A stretch of 64,000 bases of DNA from an uncultured Flavobacteriales bacterium (GCA_913046315.1 CAJWRW010000001.1:14456-78455); one strand, 5' to 3'. Counted from the first letter of the stretch, positions 17,197-27,779 are shown. A program made the numbers and translations. The notes: generated by a model from the sequence alone, not told the origin.

Positions 17197-18432
17197 ATGT
17201 ATTTTACCTTAATTATTCTTACTCTATTATTTTCTGCTTTCTTTTCAGGAATGGAAATTGCATTTGTGTCATCGAATAAATTGAAATTGGAATTGGATAA
17301 AAAATCCAATAGTTTTACCTCAAGAATCATATCTGTTTTTACAAAAGAAGAATCGCGCTTTATTGTAAATATGCTTATAGGAAATAATATTGCATTGGTG
17401 ATCTATGGCTTGCTAATGGCAGATTTATTAGAAGAAAATCTACAATTTTTGGTCACCTCTACACCCCTTATCTTTTTATTACAAACTATCATTTCTACAC
17501 TTATTATTTTAGTATTTGCTGAGTTTATTCCAAAGACAATTTTTAGAATTAATTCTAATAATATTCTAAAATTTTTTACGCTTCCACTTTTGTTAACTTA
17601 TCTTCTGCTTTATCCTTTTAATTTATTGATGATGATGCTTTCAAAATGGGTATTGAAAGGACTATTTAAAGTTGAGATAGATGAAGGGCAGAGGTTGTTT
17701 GATAGAGTAGATCTGGATGCTTATTTAAGCATGCTAAAAACAGAAGAAGATGATAATATGGAGGTTGAGATGTTACAAAATGCACTTGAGCTTCCCTCCA
17801 TAAAAGCCAGGGAGTGCATGATTCCTAGAACAGAAATAGTTGCTGTTGAACTCGACACCTCTATTACTACACTGAGACAAAAATTTATTGAGTCAAAATT
17901 ATCTAAGATTCTCATTTTCAAAAATGATATCGATAATGTAATTGGCTATGTACATTCACTGGATTTATTCCGAAAACCAAAAACCATCAAATCTATTTTG
18001 ATGCCTATTCCTATTGTTGCGGAAACAATGGTTGCAAGTGAATTACTTGAGTTGCTTATCAAAAAACAAAGGGTAGTAGCAGTTGTTGTTGATGAGTATG
18101 GGGGTACTTCAGGTATGGTTACAGTAGAAGATATAACAGAAGAAATTGTCGGGGAAATAGAGGATGAGCATGATGCAGAAAGCCTTATAGATCAAAAAAT
18201 AGATGAGAAAACATTTCTCTTTTCTGCCCGAACAGAAGTGGATTTAATCAATAAAAAATACAATCTAAATCTTCCTACTTCTGAAGAGTACGAAACTTTG
18301 GCAGGCTTATTACTTCATTTTTATGAGGATATTCCAGACTTAGAAGCCATAGTTAAAATAGACAAATTCAATTTTGTTGTAAAAGAAGTAAATGATAGAA
18401 GTATTCAGCTTATTCAAATCCACATTATTTAG
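17197..18432 (+). CDS. CNNM/DUF21 + CBS-pair + CorC_HlyC domain membrane protein (hemolysin/CorC family)
   Basis: N-terminal 4-TM DUF21 region (FSGMEIAFVS), a CBS pair, and C-terminal VDEYGGTSGMVTVEDITEEIVGEIEDEHD. Paralog of the gldE gene at 39139-40470. Confidence 0.85.
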   Translation: MYFTLIILTLLFSAFFSGMEIAFVSSNKLKLELDKKSNSFTSRIISVFTKEESRFIVNMLIGNNIALVIYGLLMADLLEENLQFLVTSTPLIFLLQTIISTLIILVFAEFIPKTIFRINSNNILKFFTLPLLLTYLLLYPFNLLMMMLSKWVLKGLFKVEIDEGQRLFDRVDLDAYLSMLKTEEDDNMEVEMLQNALELPSIKARECMIPRTEIVAVELDTSITTLRQKFIESKLSKILIFKNDIDNVIGYVHSLDLFRKPKTIKSILMPIPIVAETMVASELLELLIKKQRVVAVVVDEYGGTSGMVTVEDITEEIVGEIEDEHDAESLIDQKIDEKTFLFSARTEVDLINKKYNLNLPTSEEYETLAGLLLHFYEDIPDLEAIVKIDKFNFVVKEVNDRSIQLIQIHII

Positions 18433-18510
18433 CAAAAATCACTTGTTAGAAATTAGCTAAAATTCTCTAATAAATTGTATATTCGCCCCCTCAAAAAAAC
18501 AAATTAAGAT

Positions 18511-20619
18511 ATGGCTACACTAGGAAGTATTAGAAAACGATCAACACTATTGATTTTGGTGATTGGTGTGGCAATGCTTGCCTTTATTTTAACCGATTTT
18601 ATGCAATCCACAACAAGTGGAGGAGGAGGATTTTTTATTGGTGAGGTTGCAGGAGAAGAGCTTTCCGTTCAGTATTTTGAAGAAAGAGTACAAAAAGGAA
18701 CAGAAAATTGGAAAAACTCAAATCCTAATTCTACTTTGACCCAAAGTACATTGGCTGAGATTAGAAATGCAATTTGGGATGAATACATCAAAGAATTTTT
18801 AATGAACGCGGAATACGAAGCTTTGGGTATTGATGTTCACTCAGAAGAATTATTTGAACTTTTCCAAGGAAATAATGTGCATCCGGAAATCAGCAAAATT
18901 CAAATTTTTCAGGACCCAACAACTAAACAATTTGACAGGGTAAGAATGCTTCAATATATGAAAAACCTAGAGAGTGAGCAGAATGTAGAAGCAAGAGAGC
19001 AGTGGTTAGGTTTTGAGGATTACATAAGTGGTCTAAGAAAGAACACCAAATACAATACACTAGTTGAGAAAAGTATGTATGTAAGTTCTCGAGAGGCACA
19101 ATTGTACTTTAATCAAGGAAATGAAAATATCAATTTTGAGTATGTCCCGATTTCTTTTTCACATATTGCTGATAGCTTGGTAGCTGTTTCTTCATCTGAG
19201 ATTGAGGATTATTATGATAATAATATTGATGACTACCGGCAAGATGAATCACGAAATGTAGATTATGTTGTTTTTAGTGTTGTTCCTTCCGAACAAGATG
19301 ATCAAGATACTAGAAACAATCTGGATGCCATAAAAGCGACTTTTGAAGCTTATGAAGATTTTGAGGTGTTTGTAAAAAGAAATTCTGACAATACAAATAG
19401 TAAATTCAATTTTGTGAAAGAAGAGGGTATTTTAGATGCAAATGTGACTTCATTATTTAATGCCGAAAAGGGTACAGTAATTGGCCCTTATTTGTTTGCA
19501 GAAGGCAATTATCGATTGACAAAACTAGTAGATGTGCAATACAGACCAGACTCAGTTGAGGCAAGACATATTCTTATAGCACCTGATGAAAATAAAGATA
19601 TAGATTCTATAAAATCCGAAGTAGCAGCAATAAAAATAGCAATTGAATCAGGAAGAGATTTTGCAGAGATGGCTCAACAACATTCTATAGATAAGGCTTC
19701 TGCTATAAAAGGAGGTGATTTAGGATGGTTTAAGGAAGGTGCAATGGTTTCAGAGTTTAATGAGGTTTCATTTACTGCTAATAAAGGTGATTTAACTGTT
19801 GTGCAGTCTCAATTTGGAATACATTTGATTGAAGTGACTAAAAAAAGTAGTACTGTCAAAAAAGTTAAGATTGCTTATGTTGAGCGCATTGTTGAGCCTA
19901 GTTCTAAAACCTATGATCAATATTACACACAAGCTGCCCAATTTGCAGGCGTACTACTAAATACAGATACTACTACATTTGACGACTTACTAGCCAGTCA
20001 GAATTTAGCAAAAAGAAATCAAGAGCAAGTTATCCCTAGTACACAAAACATTTCTGGTTTAGCAAATTCTAGGCGTTTGATAAAATGGATGAATCAATCT
20101 AAAGTAGGAGATGTTTCAGATGTTTTTGAGTTTGATAATAATTATGTTGTTGCTGTTCTAACTAAAATCAATGAGGAAGGAGATGTGCCTTTGGAAGATC
20201 TAATAATAGAAATAGAATCAAAAGTTAGAAAGGAATCAAAAGCAAAAATGATTATAAAAGAAGTCAATGCGCTTAACTATAATTCTTTATCTGAATTAGC
20301 AACTGCAATGAATAGTGAGGTGCAGCAAGTATCAAAGGCTACATTTTTAAACAGTCAAGTACAAAACTTAGGTAATGAACCGGCATTAGTAGGAATAGTT
20401 AGCGCCTATCAGAAGGAAGTGATTAGCGATCCAATAGCTGGTAACAATGCAGTTTTTGTAGCAAAAGTATTAAGTAAAAATGAAGCTAGAAATTCTGGTG
20501 ATTTTTCTAAACAAAAAGACCAAGTTTCACAAGCTATTAAACAAAATGCATCAAACTCTGCATATAATACTATAAAAGAAAATGCTCGAGTAATAGATAA
20601 TAGAAACGACTTTTATTAG
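18511..20619 (+). CDS. periplasmic chaperone / peptidyl-prolyl isomerase, PpiD/SurA-like
   Basis: N-terminal membrane anchor and a long SurA_N-like region. Parvulin rotamase domain with ARHILIA ... GGDLGWF ... FGIHLIEV. Confidence 0.85.
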   Translation: MATLGSIRKRSTLLILVIGVAMLAFILTDFMQSTTSGGGGFFIGEVAGEELSVQYFEERVQKGTENWKNSNPNSTLTQSTLAEIRNAIWDEYIKEFLMNAEYEALGIDVHSEELFELFQGNNVHPEISKIQIFQDPTTKQFDRVRMLQYMKNLESEQNVEAREQWLGFEDYISGLRKNTKYNTLVEKSMYVSSREAQLYFNQGNENINFEYVPISFSHIADSLVAVSSSEIEDYYDNNIDDYRQDESRNVDYVVFSVVPSEQDDQDTRNNLDAIKATFEAYEDFEVFVKRNSDNTNSKFNFVKEEGILDANVTSLFNAEKGTVIGPYLFAEGNYRLTKLVDVQYRPDSVEARHILIAPDENKDIDSIKSEVAAIKIAIESGRDFAEMAQQHSIDKASAIKGGDLGWFKEGAMVSEFNEVSFTANKGDLTVVQSQFGIHLIEVTKKSSTVKKVKIAYVERIVEPSSKTYDQYYTQAAQFAGVLLNTDTTTFDDLLASQNLAKRNQEQVIPSTQNISGLANSRRLIKWMNQSKVGDVSDVFEFDNNYVVAVLTKINEEGDVPLEDLIIEIESKVRKESKAKMIIKEVNALNYNSLSELATAMNSEVQQVSKATFLNSQVQNLGNEPALVGIVSAYQKEVISDPIAGNNAVFVAKVLSKNEARNSGDFSKQKDQVSQAIKQNASNSAYNTIKENARVIDNRNDFY

Positions 20620-20639
20620 AAAACAATCAATAGAAGTAT

Positions 20640-20669
20640 AAAAAAGCTCACTTTTTGTGGGCTTTTTTT
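20640..20669. terminator. bidirectional intrinsic terminator between the ppiD-like gene (+) and rodA (-)
   Basis: A tract 20640-20645. Stem GCTCAC (20646-20651), loop TTTTT, stem GTGGGC (20657-20662, one G:U pair). T tract 20663-20669, which overlaps the rodA stop codon. Confidence 0.75.
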
Positions 20670-21930
20670 ATCTTAAAATTTGCAGCCTGTAAGAATCCAG
20701 ATTTAAGAAAATAAACAGCAGAATTGTAAAGCCAACCAAAGAAGACCCACCATAACTTACAAATGGTAAAGGGATGCCAATAACTGGCGCCAATCCAATA
20801 GTCATCCCAATATTTATTGCAAAATGAATAAACAATACAGAGGCAACACCATATCCATAAATTCTAGAGAAAGAAGACCTTTGTCTTTCCGCCAAATTGA
20901 TTATCCTGAACACAAGAAAGGTAAAAACAATTATAAATATTGACGCTCCAAAGAACCCCCACTCTTCACCAATAGTACAAAATATAAAATCGGTACTCTG
21001 TTCTGGCACAAAGTCAAATCGTGTTTGCGTACCCTCTAAGAAACCTTTGCCAAAAAAACCACCAGAGCCAATAGCAATTTTCGATTGAATGAGGTTGTAA
21101 CCCGCTCCATGAGGGTCAATTTCTTTACCTAAGAGTATGTTTATTCTTTCAACATGATGTGGCGCAAGTAGATTATTAAAAATGTAACTGACTGAAAAAA
21201 CAAAGCAGATAGCTGATGTAAGCAAAGAAGAAATGATAAAAAACTCTCTCTTTTTCCTTCTTGATGAAAGAAAAAATATAAATGCAATGCCTATTAATAT
21301 GCCGCTAAAAATAAATTTATTTATAAGTAGGGTAACAATAAAAAGGATAGCACAAATCAGTCCAAAAAACAATACATTTCCAGAAAGCCCTTCTCTAAAA
21401 AGTACTAATATTAAAGAAAGAAAAACAAGAGCTGTCCCCAAATCATTTTGTAGTATTATCAATAAAAACGGGATTCCTATAATTAAAAAACAATTGATTT
21501 TTGTTTGAAATGCTTGTAGCTTGATTCCATGTCTATTCAGGTATTTGGCCAGTACTAAAATAGTAGCAAATTTTGCAAACTCAGAGGGTTGAAACTTATA
21601 ACTTCCTATATTAAACCATGATGTTGCGCCAGCAGTTGTTGAACCCCAAATAAATAAAGCAAGCAATAATAGTATTATACATGCGTACAGAAAGTAAGAA
21701 AGTGCTTCAAAAAATTTCCAATCAAGTATCAGAATAATAAAAGCAACAAAAAAAGAGACGCTAATAAATAGCAGTTGTTTTCCATGTCTTTGCGTGAAGT
21801 CAAAAATTAAAGATTGGTCATCATTGTATTGAGAGGCGTAAATATTTATCCATCCAAAAAATACAAGTACTATAAACAGCAAGATAGTCATCCAGTCTAC
21901 ATTGCCAAATATTTTTTTTCCGCTTCTCAT
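20668..21930 (-). CDS. rodA: rod shape-determining protein RodA (SEDS family glycosyltransferase)
   Basis: FtsW/RodA/SpoVE-type 10-TM protein (PSEFAKF, DFIFCTIGEEWGF, GIPLPFVSYGGSS). The ATG overlaps the mrdA stop (ATGA). Confidence 0.93.
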   Translation of the reverse strand: MRSGKKIFGNVDWMTILLFIVLVFFGWINIYASQYNDDQSLIFDFTQRHGKQLLFISVSFFVAFIILILDWKFFEALSYFLYACIILLLLALFIWGSTTAGATSWFNIGSYKFQPSEFAKFATILVLAKYLNRHGIKLQAFQTKINCFLIIGIPFLLIILQNDLGTALVFLSLILVLFREGLSGNVLFFGLICAILFIVTLLINKFIFSGILIGIAFIFFLSSRRKKREFFIISSLLTSAICFVFSVSYIFNNLLAPHHVERINILLGKEIDPHGAGYNLIQSKIAIGSGGFFGKGFLEGTQTRFDFVPEQSTDFIFCTIGEEWGFFGASIFIIVFTFLVFRIINLAERQRSSFSRIYGYGVASVLFIHFAINIGMTIGLAPVIGIPLPFVSYGGSSLVGFTILLFIFLNLDSYRLQILR

Positions 21931-23753
21931 TGCTGATTTAATAAATTACCATTTACAATAAAGTTTTCTAATTGCAAATTGCTGATTTCATTTTTCAAAT
22001 ATTTTTCAATCATCAATGTAGCAATTGGGGCGGCCCAAGTTGATCCCCAGCCGCCATTCTCCACATAAACAGCAATTGCAATTTTCGGACTTTCCTTAGG
22101 AGCAAAAGCAATAAATATAGAATGATCTTCCCCATTCCCAGAGGTGTTTTGTGCAGTTCCTGTTTTCCCGCAAATACTTAAGTCAGCAACCATTGAGTTT
22201 TTAGCAGTACCATCTTCATCTTCTAATACCATTTGCATGCCATCAATAATGATGTCAAAATGTTTTGGATTAATTGTTGTATACTTTTTCTTTACGAATT
22301 GGTCATCACTTATCGTGTCATTTCCAATTTTTTTCACAATATGAGGTGTAAAATAATAACCTCTGTTGGCAAAAATTGCACTGATGTTGGCCATCTGAAT
22401 AGGCGTAAGTAAAAGTTCCCCTTGCCCTATAGAAAGTGAAATAGTCGTACTGGCATTCCAATGTGTTTTTCCATAAATATTATCATAAGTATTTGTTGAA
22501 GGTAATAAGCCTCTTTTGCCTGAAGTGAAATCGTTATTCATCCATTGTCCAACCCCAAAACTTGCAACATGATTTTCCCATTTATTAAATGCTGTTTCAG
22601 TATTCTGATATTTGTCGAATAATTTCTGGAAAACATTACAGAAATAGGAATTGCAGGATATTGCAATTGCTTTTTTCATGCTTAAAGGAGTGGTATGCTC
22701 ATGACAAGCTACTATTTTGTCATTTGCATATTCATAACCTCCAGAGCAATTATAATTGGCATATGCAATAAGTGTTTTTTCCTGCATGGCAATTAGCCCT
22801 GTAATTAATTTAAACGTAGAGCCAGGAGCATATTGCCCTAAAAGTGCTCGATTAAATAAGGGCTTATGTTCATGTGCTAATAATTGCTTAAAATTTTCTG
22901 TTCTTTTTCTTCCTGTTAAAGAGTTAGGATTAAAAGTTGGAGAAGACACCAATGAAAGGATTTCTCCAGTTGAAGGTTCAATAGCTACTATACTTCCAAT
23001 TTTATTCTGCATCAGTTTTTCGCCATATTTTTGTAAATCTGCATCAATAGTAGTTGTGATATGTAATCCGGAAACAGCATTCGTATCATATCTCCCTTCA
23101 TTGAATTTCCCTTTTTTACTATTATGCACATCTACTAAGACTAATTCCATTCCTTTTTCCCCTCTTAATAAATGCTCGTAAGCTACTTCCACTCCACTTA
23201 CACCTATTAAATCTCCACTTGTATAGTAATTATCTTCTTGAATTTTTTTACTGTTTACTTCTCCCAAATATCCCATAACATTGGAAGCGGTATTTAGAGG
23301 GTATTTTCTGGTGCTTCTTGTTCTTACAAAAAAACCTTTGAATTTATATAGCATCTCACCAAAGGTTGCAAAAGTTTCTGCATCAATCTTTTTTGCAAAT
23401 ACACTCTCTTTATATTTTGAGTATTTTTTTGCTTTTCTCAATCTACTGCTGTATTCCTCTATACTGATATTAAGTAAATCGCACAGCAATAAGGAATCGA
23501 TATCATCTGCAACTTCTCTTGGTACTATCATTAAATCATAAGACGCTTCATTATAAGCCAATAGTTTATTATTTCTGTCGTATAATAATCCTCTAGCTGG
23601 GTATTTTACATCATAGCGTAATACATTATTTTTAGCAGAGAATTTATATTGATCATTGACAACTTGTATGTAAAAGAACTTACACAAGAAAACAAAAGCC
23701 ACAAATAGAAAAATTCCTTTTACAACAATTTGCCTATTATTGTTACCTCTCAT
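21927..23753 (-). CDS. mrdA: penicillin-binding protein 2 (elongasome transpeptidase)
   Basis: SxxK (GSTFK), SxN (SCNSYF) and KTG (GKTGTAQ) motifs, with an N-terminal anchor. Located between mreD and rodA. Confidence 0.93.
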   Translation of the reverse strand: MRGNNNRQIVVKGIFLFVAFVFLCKFFYIQVVNDQYKFSAKNNVLRYDVKYPARGLLYDRNNKLLAYNEASYDLMIVPREVADDIDSLLLCDLLNISIEEYSSRLRKAKKYSKYKESVFAKKIDAETFATFGEMLYKFKGFFVRTRSTRKYPLNTASNVMGYLGEVNSKKIQEDNYYTSGDLIGVSGVEVAYEHLLRGEKGMELVLVDVHNSKKGKFNEGRYDTNAVSGLHITTTIDADLQKYGEKLMQNKIGSIVAIEPSTGEILSLVSSPTFNPNSLTGRKRTENFKQLLAHEHKPLFNRALLGQYAPGSTFKLITGLIAMQEKTLIAYANYNCSGGYEYANDKIVACHEHTTPLSMKKAIAISCNSYFCNVFQKLFDKYQNTETAFNKWENHVASFGVGQWMNNDFTSGKRGLLPSTNTYDNIYGKTHWNASTTISLSIGQGELLLTPIQMANISAIFANRGYYFTPHIVKKIGNDTISDDQFVKKKYTTINPKHFDIIIDGMQMVLEDEDGTAKNSMVADLSICGKTGTAQNTSGNGEDHSIFIAFAPKESPKIAIAVYVENGGWGSTWAAPIATLMIEKYLKNEISNLQLENFIVNGNLLNQQ

Positions 23754-24268
23754 TATCTAGTATCAGATTTAAAGAAAAAGAATTGGCAAATCAAGATAAT
23801 CGTAAGAGTGATTGTGCTACTCAGAGCTATTTTTCCAAAAACATTATAAAATGAGGAGAGCTCAAAATGAGCCAATAAAAATAAAATAGTATGGTGTATC
23901 AGAATTAGTAAAAAAGCATACACAGCAAACATCTTGAATCCTAATTTTTGCAAGAAAAGATCTTGCTCACCACTTATAGTGTTTTTTGGAATAACAATTT
24001 TCTCAATAGTTGGCTTTACAAATGCAATAAGTACAGCAGCAGTAGAATGAAAACCAATTGTTCCTTCAAAAAGATCAATAAAAAAACCTAATAAAAATGC
24101 AAAAAACAATAAAAACCATTTGGGAGTAAGTTGTGGCAAACAAATAATTAGCATAATATAAAAGTAGGGATTTATGTAACCATTAAACATTACCTGATTT
24201 AATATATAAACCTGAATAAAAATGAAAACAGCTGCTAGCCAAAGATATTTGTAATTCTGTTTAATCAT
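23753..24268 (-). CDS. mreD: rod shape-determining protein MreD
   Basis: 171-aa polytopic membrane protein in the canonical position between mreC and mrdA. Overlaps both neighbours. Confidence 0.8.
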   Translation of the reverse strand: MIKQNYKYLWLAAVFIFIQVYILNQVMFNGYINPYFYIMLIICLPQLTPKWFLLFFAFLLGFFIDLFEGTIGFHSTAAVLIAFVKPTIEKIVIPKNTISGEQDLFLQKLGFKMFAVYAFLLILIHHTILFLLAHFELSSFYNVFGKIALSSTITLTIILICQFFFFKSDTR

Positions 24269-25076
24269 CTTCTACATTTAATTCTAATAATTCTTTTTCT
24301 TGCTTTATCAATGATTCAGCTATATAAACATAATGTAGACGATTCATGTCCTCAAAGAAATGTATCTTGATTTTGTAAAAATTATCACCTGGAATTTCTT
24401 GAAAAGATTTTACTTGCCCAATACCTATTCCTTCAGGAAAAATTGCTGAATTTCCACTACTAATAATGGTGTCGCCAATACTTATGTCGGCATGATTAGG
24501 AATGTCTTCTACAACTGATGCTCTGTAGTCAAATCCATCCCACAGCATTCTACCCAAAAACATCTCATTCTTTAGCCGAACACTAATGCTAGATTTTTGG
24601 TGTAAAACCGAGATAACCAATGAGAACCTGTCAGAAACAGAATGGATTATTCCTACCACACCATTGTTTGTAATCACACCCATCCCTTCTTTTATGCCAT
24701 GCTTAGAACCCCTATTAAGTGTCAAATAATTATTGCTTCTATGAACAGCATTATTAATTACAACTGCAGATTGATATTTGAATAAAAGATTATTATAAGA
24801 TGCGGAATCGTTACTGTAATTATTTTGTTTCTTCAATAATGAAAGTAGTTTTGCATTCTCCTGTGCAAGCAAATCATTACTTTTTTTGAGTTTAAGCCAT
24901 TCTGATATATTAGCAACTCCTGCATGAAAACTACCAACATAATGCTGACTAAAACCGCTTATTTTGTTACCCTGAAATTGATTGTTGTTCACAAGTAAAA
25001 AAATAGAAAAGCCTTCTATCAGAAGGAATAAAAGAATAAAGTAGTATTTTTTTACAAACTGAATGAGGTTGTGCAT
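24261..25076 (-). CDS. mreC: rod shape-determining protein MreC
   Basis: N-terminal anchor, coiled coil (LLAQENAKLLSLL) and beta-rich C-terminal domains (GMGVITNNGVVG, SGNSAIFPEGIGIG). Confidence 0.9.
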   Translation of the reverse strand: MHNLIQFVKKYYFILLFLLIEGFSIFLLVNNNQFQGNKISGFSQHYVGSFHAGVANISEWLKLKKSNDLLAQENAKLLSLLKKQNNYSNDSASYNNLLFKYQSAVVINNAVHRSNNYLTLNRGSKHGIKEGMGVITNNGVVGIIHSVSDRFSLVISVLHQKSSISVRLKNEMFLGRMLWDGFDYRASVVEDIPNHADISIGDTIISSGNSAIFPEGIGIGQVKSFQEIPGDNFYKIKIHFFEDMNRLHYVYIAESLIKQEKELLELNVEDD

Positions 25077-25089
25077 ACATCAACCAATA

Positions 25090-26112
25090 TTATTTTATTA
25101 AAAACGGGAATTTTTCTATGTTTTTGAGTGCAATTCCAGTTCCTCTTGCAACAGCTCTTAAAGGATCTTCCGCAACATAAACTGGCAGCTTTGTTTTCTG
25201 TGAGATTCTTTTGTCAAGCCCTCTTAACATAGATCCGCCACCTGTTAGATACAACCCTGTATTGTAAATATCTGCAGAAAGCTCAGGTGGAGTTTGGAAA
25301 AGGGCGCCCATAATTGCTTCTTCAATTTGCTCAATAGAATTGTTCATTGCGCCAGCAATTTCTTTATAAGTTACCACTACTTCTTTTGGAATTCCCGTCA
25401 TCAAATCCCTGCCATGTACAGCATAATTGCCTGGTGGCTCATCCAATTCGGTAAGCGCAGAACCTACACTAATTTTTATTCTTTCAGCAGTTGTATCTCC
25501 AATGGCGATATTATGCCTTGTTTTCATATAGGTTTTTATGTTGTCGGTAAACTCATCTCCAGCAATTCTGATGGATTTATCGGTTACAATTCCACCTAAT
25601 GAAATTACCGCAATCTCTGTTGTTCCTCCACCTATATCAATCACCATATTTCCATTTGGCTCAAGTACATCAATACCAATTCCTATTGCTGCAGCCATTG
25701 GCTCATGAATTAGAAAAACCTCTTTTGCTCCAGCATGTTCTGCAGAATCAATTACGGCTCTTTTTTCAACTTCTGTAACTCCTGATGGAATGCAGATAAC
25801 CATTTTTACGGAGGGTGCTAATATGGATCTTTTTCTTTGAATCATTTTAATAAATCCTCTTAGCATTTGCTCAGAAGATTGAAAATCTGCAATTACCCCA
25901 TCTTTTAGCGGACGAATAGTTTCAATTTTTTTATGTGTTTTTCCTTGCATTTGTTGGGCTCGCGTACCAATAGCAACAATCTCATTGGTTTGCATATCTC
26001 TTGCAACAATTGAAGGTTCATCTACAACCACTTTATCCTGATGAATAATTAGCGTGTTTGCAGTTCCTAAATCAATTGCAATCTCTTCTGTCATAAAATC
26101 AAAAAAGCCCAT
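25090..26112 (-). CDS. mreB: actin-like rod shape-determining protein MreB
   Basis: IAIDLGTANTL, DIGGGTTEIAV and LTGGGSMLRGLD motifs; 340 aa. Confidence 0.97.
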   Translation of the reverse strand: MGFFDFMTEEIAIDLGTANTLIIHQDKVVVDEPSIVARDMQTNEIVAIGTRAQQMQGKTHKKIETIRPLKDGVIADFQSSEQMLRGFIKMIQRKRSILAPSVKMVICIPSGVTEVEKRAVIDSAEHAGAKEVFLIHEPMAAAIGIGIDVLEPNGNMVIDIGGGTTEIAVISLGGIVTDKSIRIAGDEFTDNIKTYMKTRHNIAIGDTTAERIKISVGSALTELDEPPGNYAVHGRDLMTGIPKEVVVTYKEIAGAMNNSIEQIEEAIMGALFQTPPELSADIYNTGLYLTGGGSMLRGLDKRISQKTKLPVYVAEDPLRAVARGTGIALKNIEKFPFLIK

Positions 26113-26124
26113 ATTTTCTTATTT

Positions 26125-27645
26125 TCAGTGTTTAAAATGTCTTGTTCCTGTCATCACCATACTCATATTGTTTGCATTACAATAGTCAATTGAAAGCTGA
26201 TCTTTAATAGATCCTCCTGGTTGAATTACGGCTGTAATTCCAGCTTGGTTTGCCAACTCAACACAATCTGGGAAAGGGAAAAACGCATCTGATGCCATTA
26301 CACCACCTTTTAAGTCAAAACCAAAATTATTTGCTTTCTCAACTGCTTGTTTTAAGGCATCAACTCTTGAAGTTTGTCCTACACCACTTGCTAAAAGTTG
26401 TTTGTTCTTTGCAAAAACTATGGTGTTAGATTTAGTATGCTTACATACTTTTGAGGCAAAAACCAAGTCGCTTAATTGCTCATCAGTTGGCGTAATTTTA
26501 GTTGCAGGTTTCATTCCTTCAACACAATCAGTTTTTAAGTCTTTATCCTGAAATAAAATGCCATTAAGTGCTGTGCGGAATTGTGAGCTAGGCAATGCAG
26601 TTGGTTTCTTTTTTAGCAAAACCCTATTTTTCTTTGCCTTCAATAAATCTAGTGCTTTAGATGAAAAAGAGGGTGCAATCAGTACTTCATAAAACAATTT
26701 ATCAATTTCTTCTGCAGTAGTTAAATCAACTTCCTTATTAGTAATCAATACGCCACCAAATGCAGAAATAGGATCGCCAGCTAAGGCATTTTTCCATGCA
26801 TCAATTAAGTTTTCTCTACTTGCAATACCGCAAGCATTGTTGTGTTTTAGTACCGCAAATGTTGTCTCTTCAAACTCTGCAATTAGATTTACAGCAGCAT
26901 CTACATCCAATAAATTGTTGTAGGAAAGTTCTTTGCCATTTAGCTGCTCAAACAAGGCTTCAATATCGCCAAAGAATTTTCCGTTTTGATGAGGATTCTC
27001 TCCATAGCGCAACTTTTTTGAGGAGCGAATACTTTGCTTAAAAGCATCCTCATCTTCCGAATTAAAATAGTTAAATATAGCAGTGTCGTAATGAGAGGAT
27101 ACATTAAAAGCAGTAGTTGCAAAACTTTTTCTTTGTGCTAATGTTGTTGTATCTCCTTCTGCTAAAATTTCAGACAATTCATTGTACTGATTCGTCTCAG
27201 AAACGACAAGTACATCTTTGTAGTTTTTTGCAGCAGCACGAATAAGTGAAATACCACCAATATCAATCTTCTCTATAATTTCACTCTCATTATCGTTAGA
27301 TGAAATTGTCTTTTCAAAAGGGTAAAGGTCCACAATTACCAAATCAATTTCTGGAATTTCATACTCTGCTAATTGCGACTGATCATTTTCTTCTTGTCTT
27401 CTTGCCAAGATGCCGCCAAACACCTTTGGGTGAAGCGTTTTTACTCTCCCGCCTAAAATAGAAGGGTAGGAAGTTAGCTCTTCAACTTTATTGACTTTTA
27501 TTCCAAATTCTTCAATGAATTTTTGCGTTCCTCCAGTAGAGTAAATACTGACACCAAGCTCATTGAGCCTTTGTACTATCGCCTCCAATCCATCTTTGTG
27601 GAAGACGGAAATAAGAGCGTTTTTTATCTTTTTTTCTTCTAACAT
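26125..27645 (-). CDS. purH: bifunctional AICAR transformylase / IMP cyclohydrolase
   Basis: MGS-like N-domain (ALISVFHKDGL, STGGT) plus the AICARFT domain, ending RHFKH. I chose the ATG at 27645 because a -7 box at 27683-27690 sits only 4 nt upstream of the ORF-track TTG at 27678, too close for that start to be used. Confidence 0.95.
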   Translation of the reverse strand: MLEEKKIKNALISVFHKDGLEAIVQRLNELGVSIYSTGGTQKFIEEFGIKVNKVEELTSYPSILGGRVKTLHPKVFGGILARRQEENDQSQLAEYEIPEIDLVIVDLYPFEKTISSNDNESEIIEKIDIGGISLIRAAAKNYKDVLVVSETNQYNELSEILAEGDTTTLAQRKSFATTAFNVSSHYDTAIFNYFNSEDEDAFKQSIRSSKKLRYGENPHQNGKFFGDIEALFEQLNGKELSYNNLLDVDAAVNLIAEFEETTFAVLKHNNACGIASRENLIDAWKNALAGDPISAFGGVLITNKEVDLTTAEEIDKLFYEVLIAPSFSSKALDLLKAKKNRVLLKKKPTALPSSQFRTALNGILFQDKDLKTDCVEGMKPATKITPTDEQLSDLVFASKVCKHTKSNTIVFAKNKQLLASGVGQTSRVDALKQAVEKANNFGFDLKGGVMASDAFFPFPDCVELANQAGITAVIQPGGSIKDQLSIDYCNANNMSMVMTGTRHFKH

Positions 27646-27682
27646 CTGTATCTGCAATTTTACCCAAAACCTTACCAATAGT

Positions 27683-27690
27683 CAAATATA
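27683..27690 (-). promoter_or_regulatory. candidate -7 box (TATATTTG on minus strand) for the purH-mre-mrdA-rodA operon
   Basis: Plus strand CAAATATA is the reverse complement of TAnnTTTG. It lies 37 nt upstream of the purH ATG at 27645. Confidence 0.4.
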
Positions 27691-27728
27691 AATCTGTAAA
27701 AAACAGTATTGTTAATAACTTTTGCACT

Positions 27729-27761
27729 TTTGTTAACTCCTCTAAAAATTGCGTAATTTTG
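27729..27761 (+). promoter_or_regulatory. candidate Bacteroidota sigma-A promoter (-33 TTTG, 21-nt spacer, -7 TAATTTTG)
   Basis: TTTG at 27729-27732 and TAATTTTG at 27754-27761. The ATG of the permease gene is at 27780. Confidence 0.5.
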
Positions 27762-27779
27762 ATTTTTTTAATATAATAA

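Noticed and set aside
22756-23181. Long antisense ORFs inside strongly conserved genes. Examples: 141 aa opposite mrdA, 123 aa at 32585-32956 opposite pfp, 118 aa at 45509-45865 opposite recX, 109 aa at 30095-30424 opposite mfd, 113 aa at 4860-5201 opposite wzc, and about 40 similar shorter ones in the track.
   Set aside because: Each lies entirely within a gene whose product has unmistakable family motifs on the other strand. Their translations are low-complexity or hydrophobic with no motifs and no promoter boxes. They are typical shadow ORFs.
27646-27678. N-terminal extensions proposed by the ORF track: purH from TTG 27678, maf from 1846, aspartate kinase from TTG 33593, ctaA from 37562, fumC from TTG 47541, tauE from TTG 57621, the EamA gene from TTG 37593, and the PGCG membrane protein from TTG 51949.
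   Set aside because: In each case an ATG a few codons downstream gives the conserved family N-terminus. The extensions are non-conserved and overlap neighbouring genes. For purH, a -7 box lies only 4 nt upstream of the TTG at 27678, which rules that start out.
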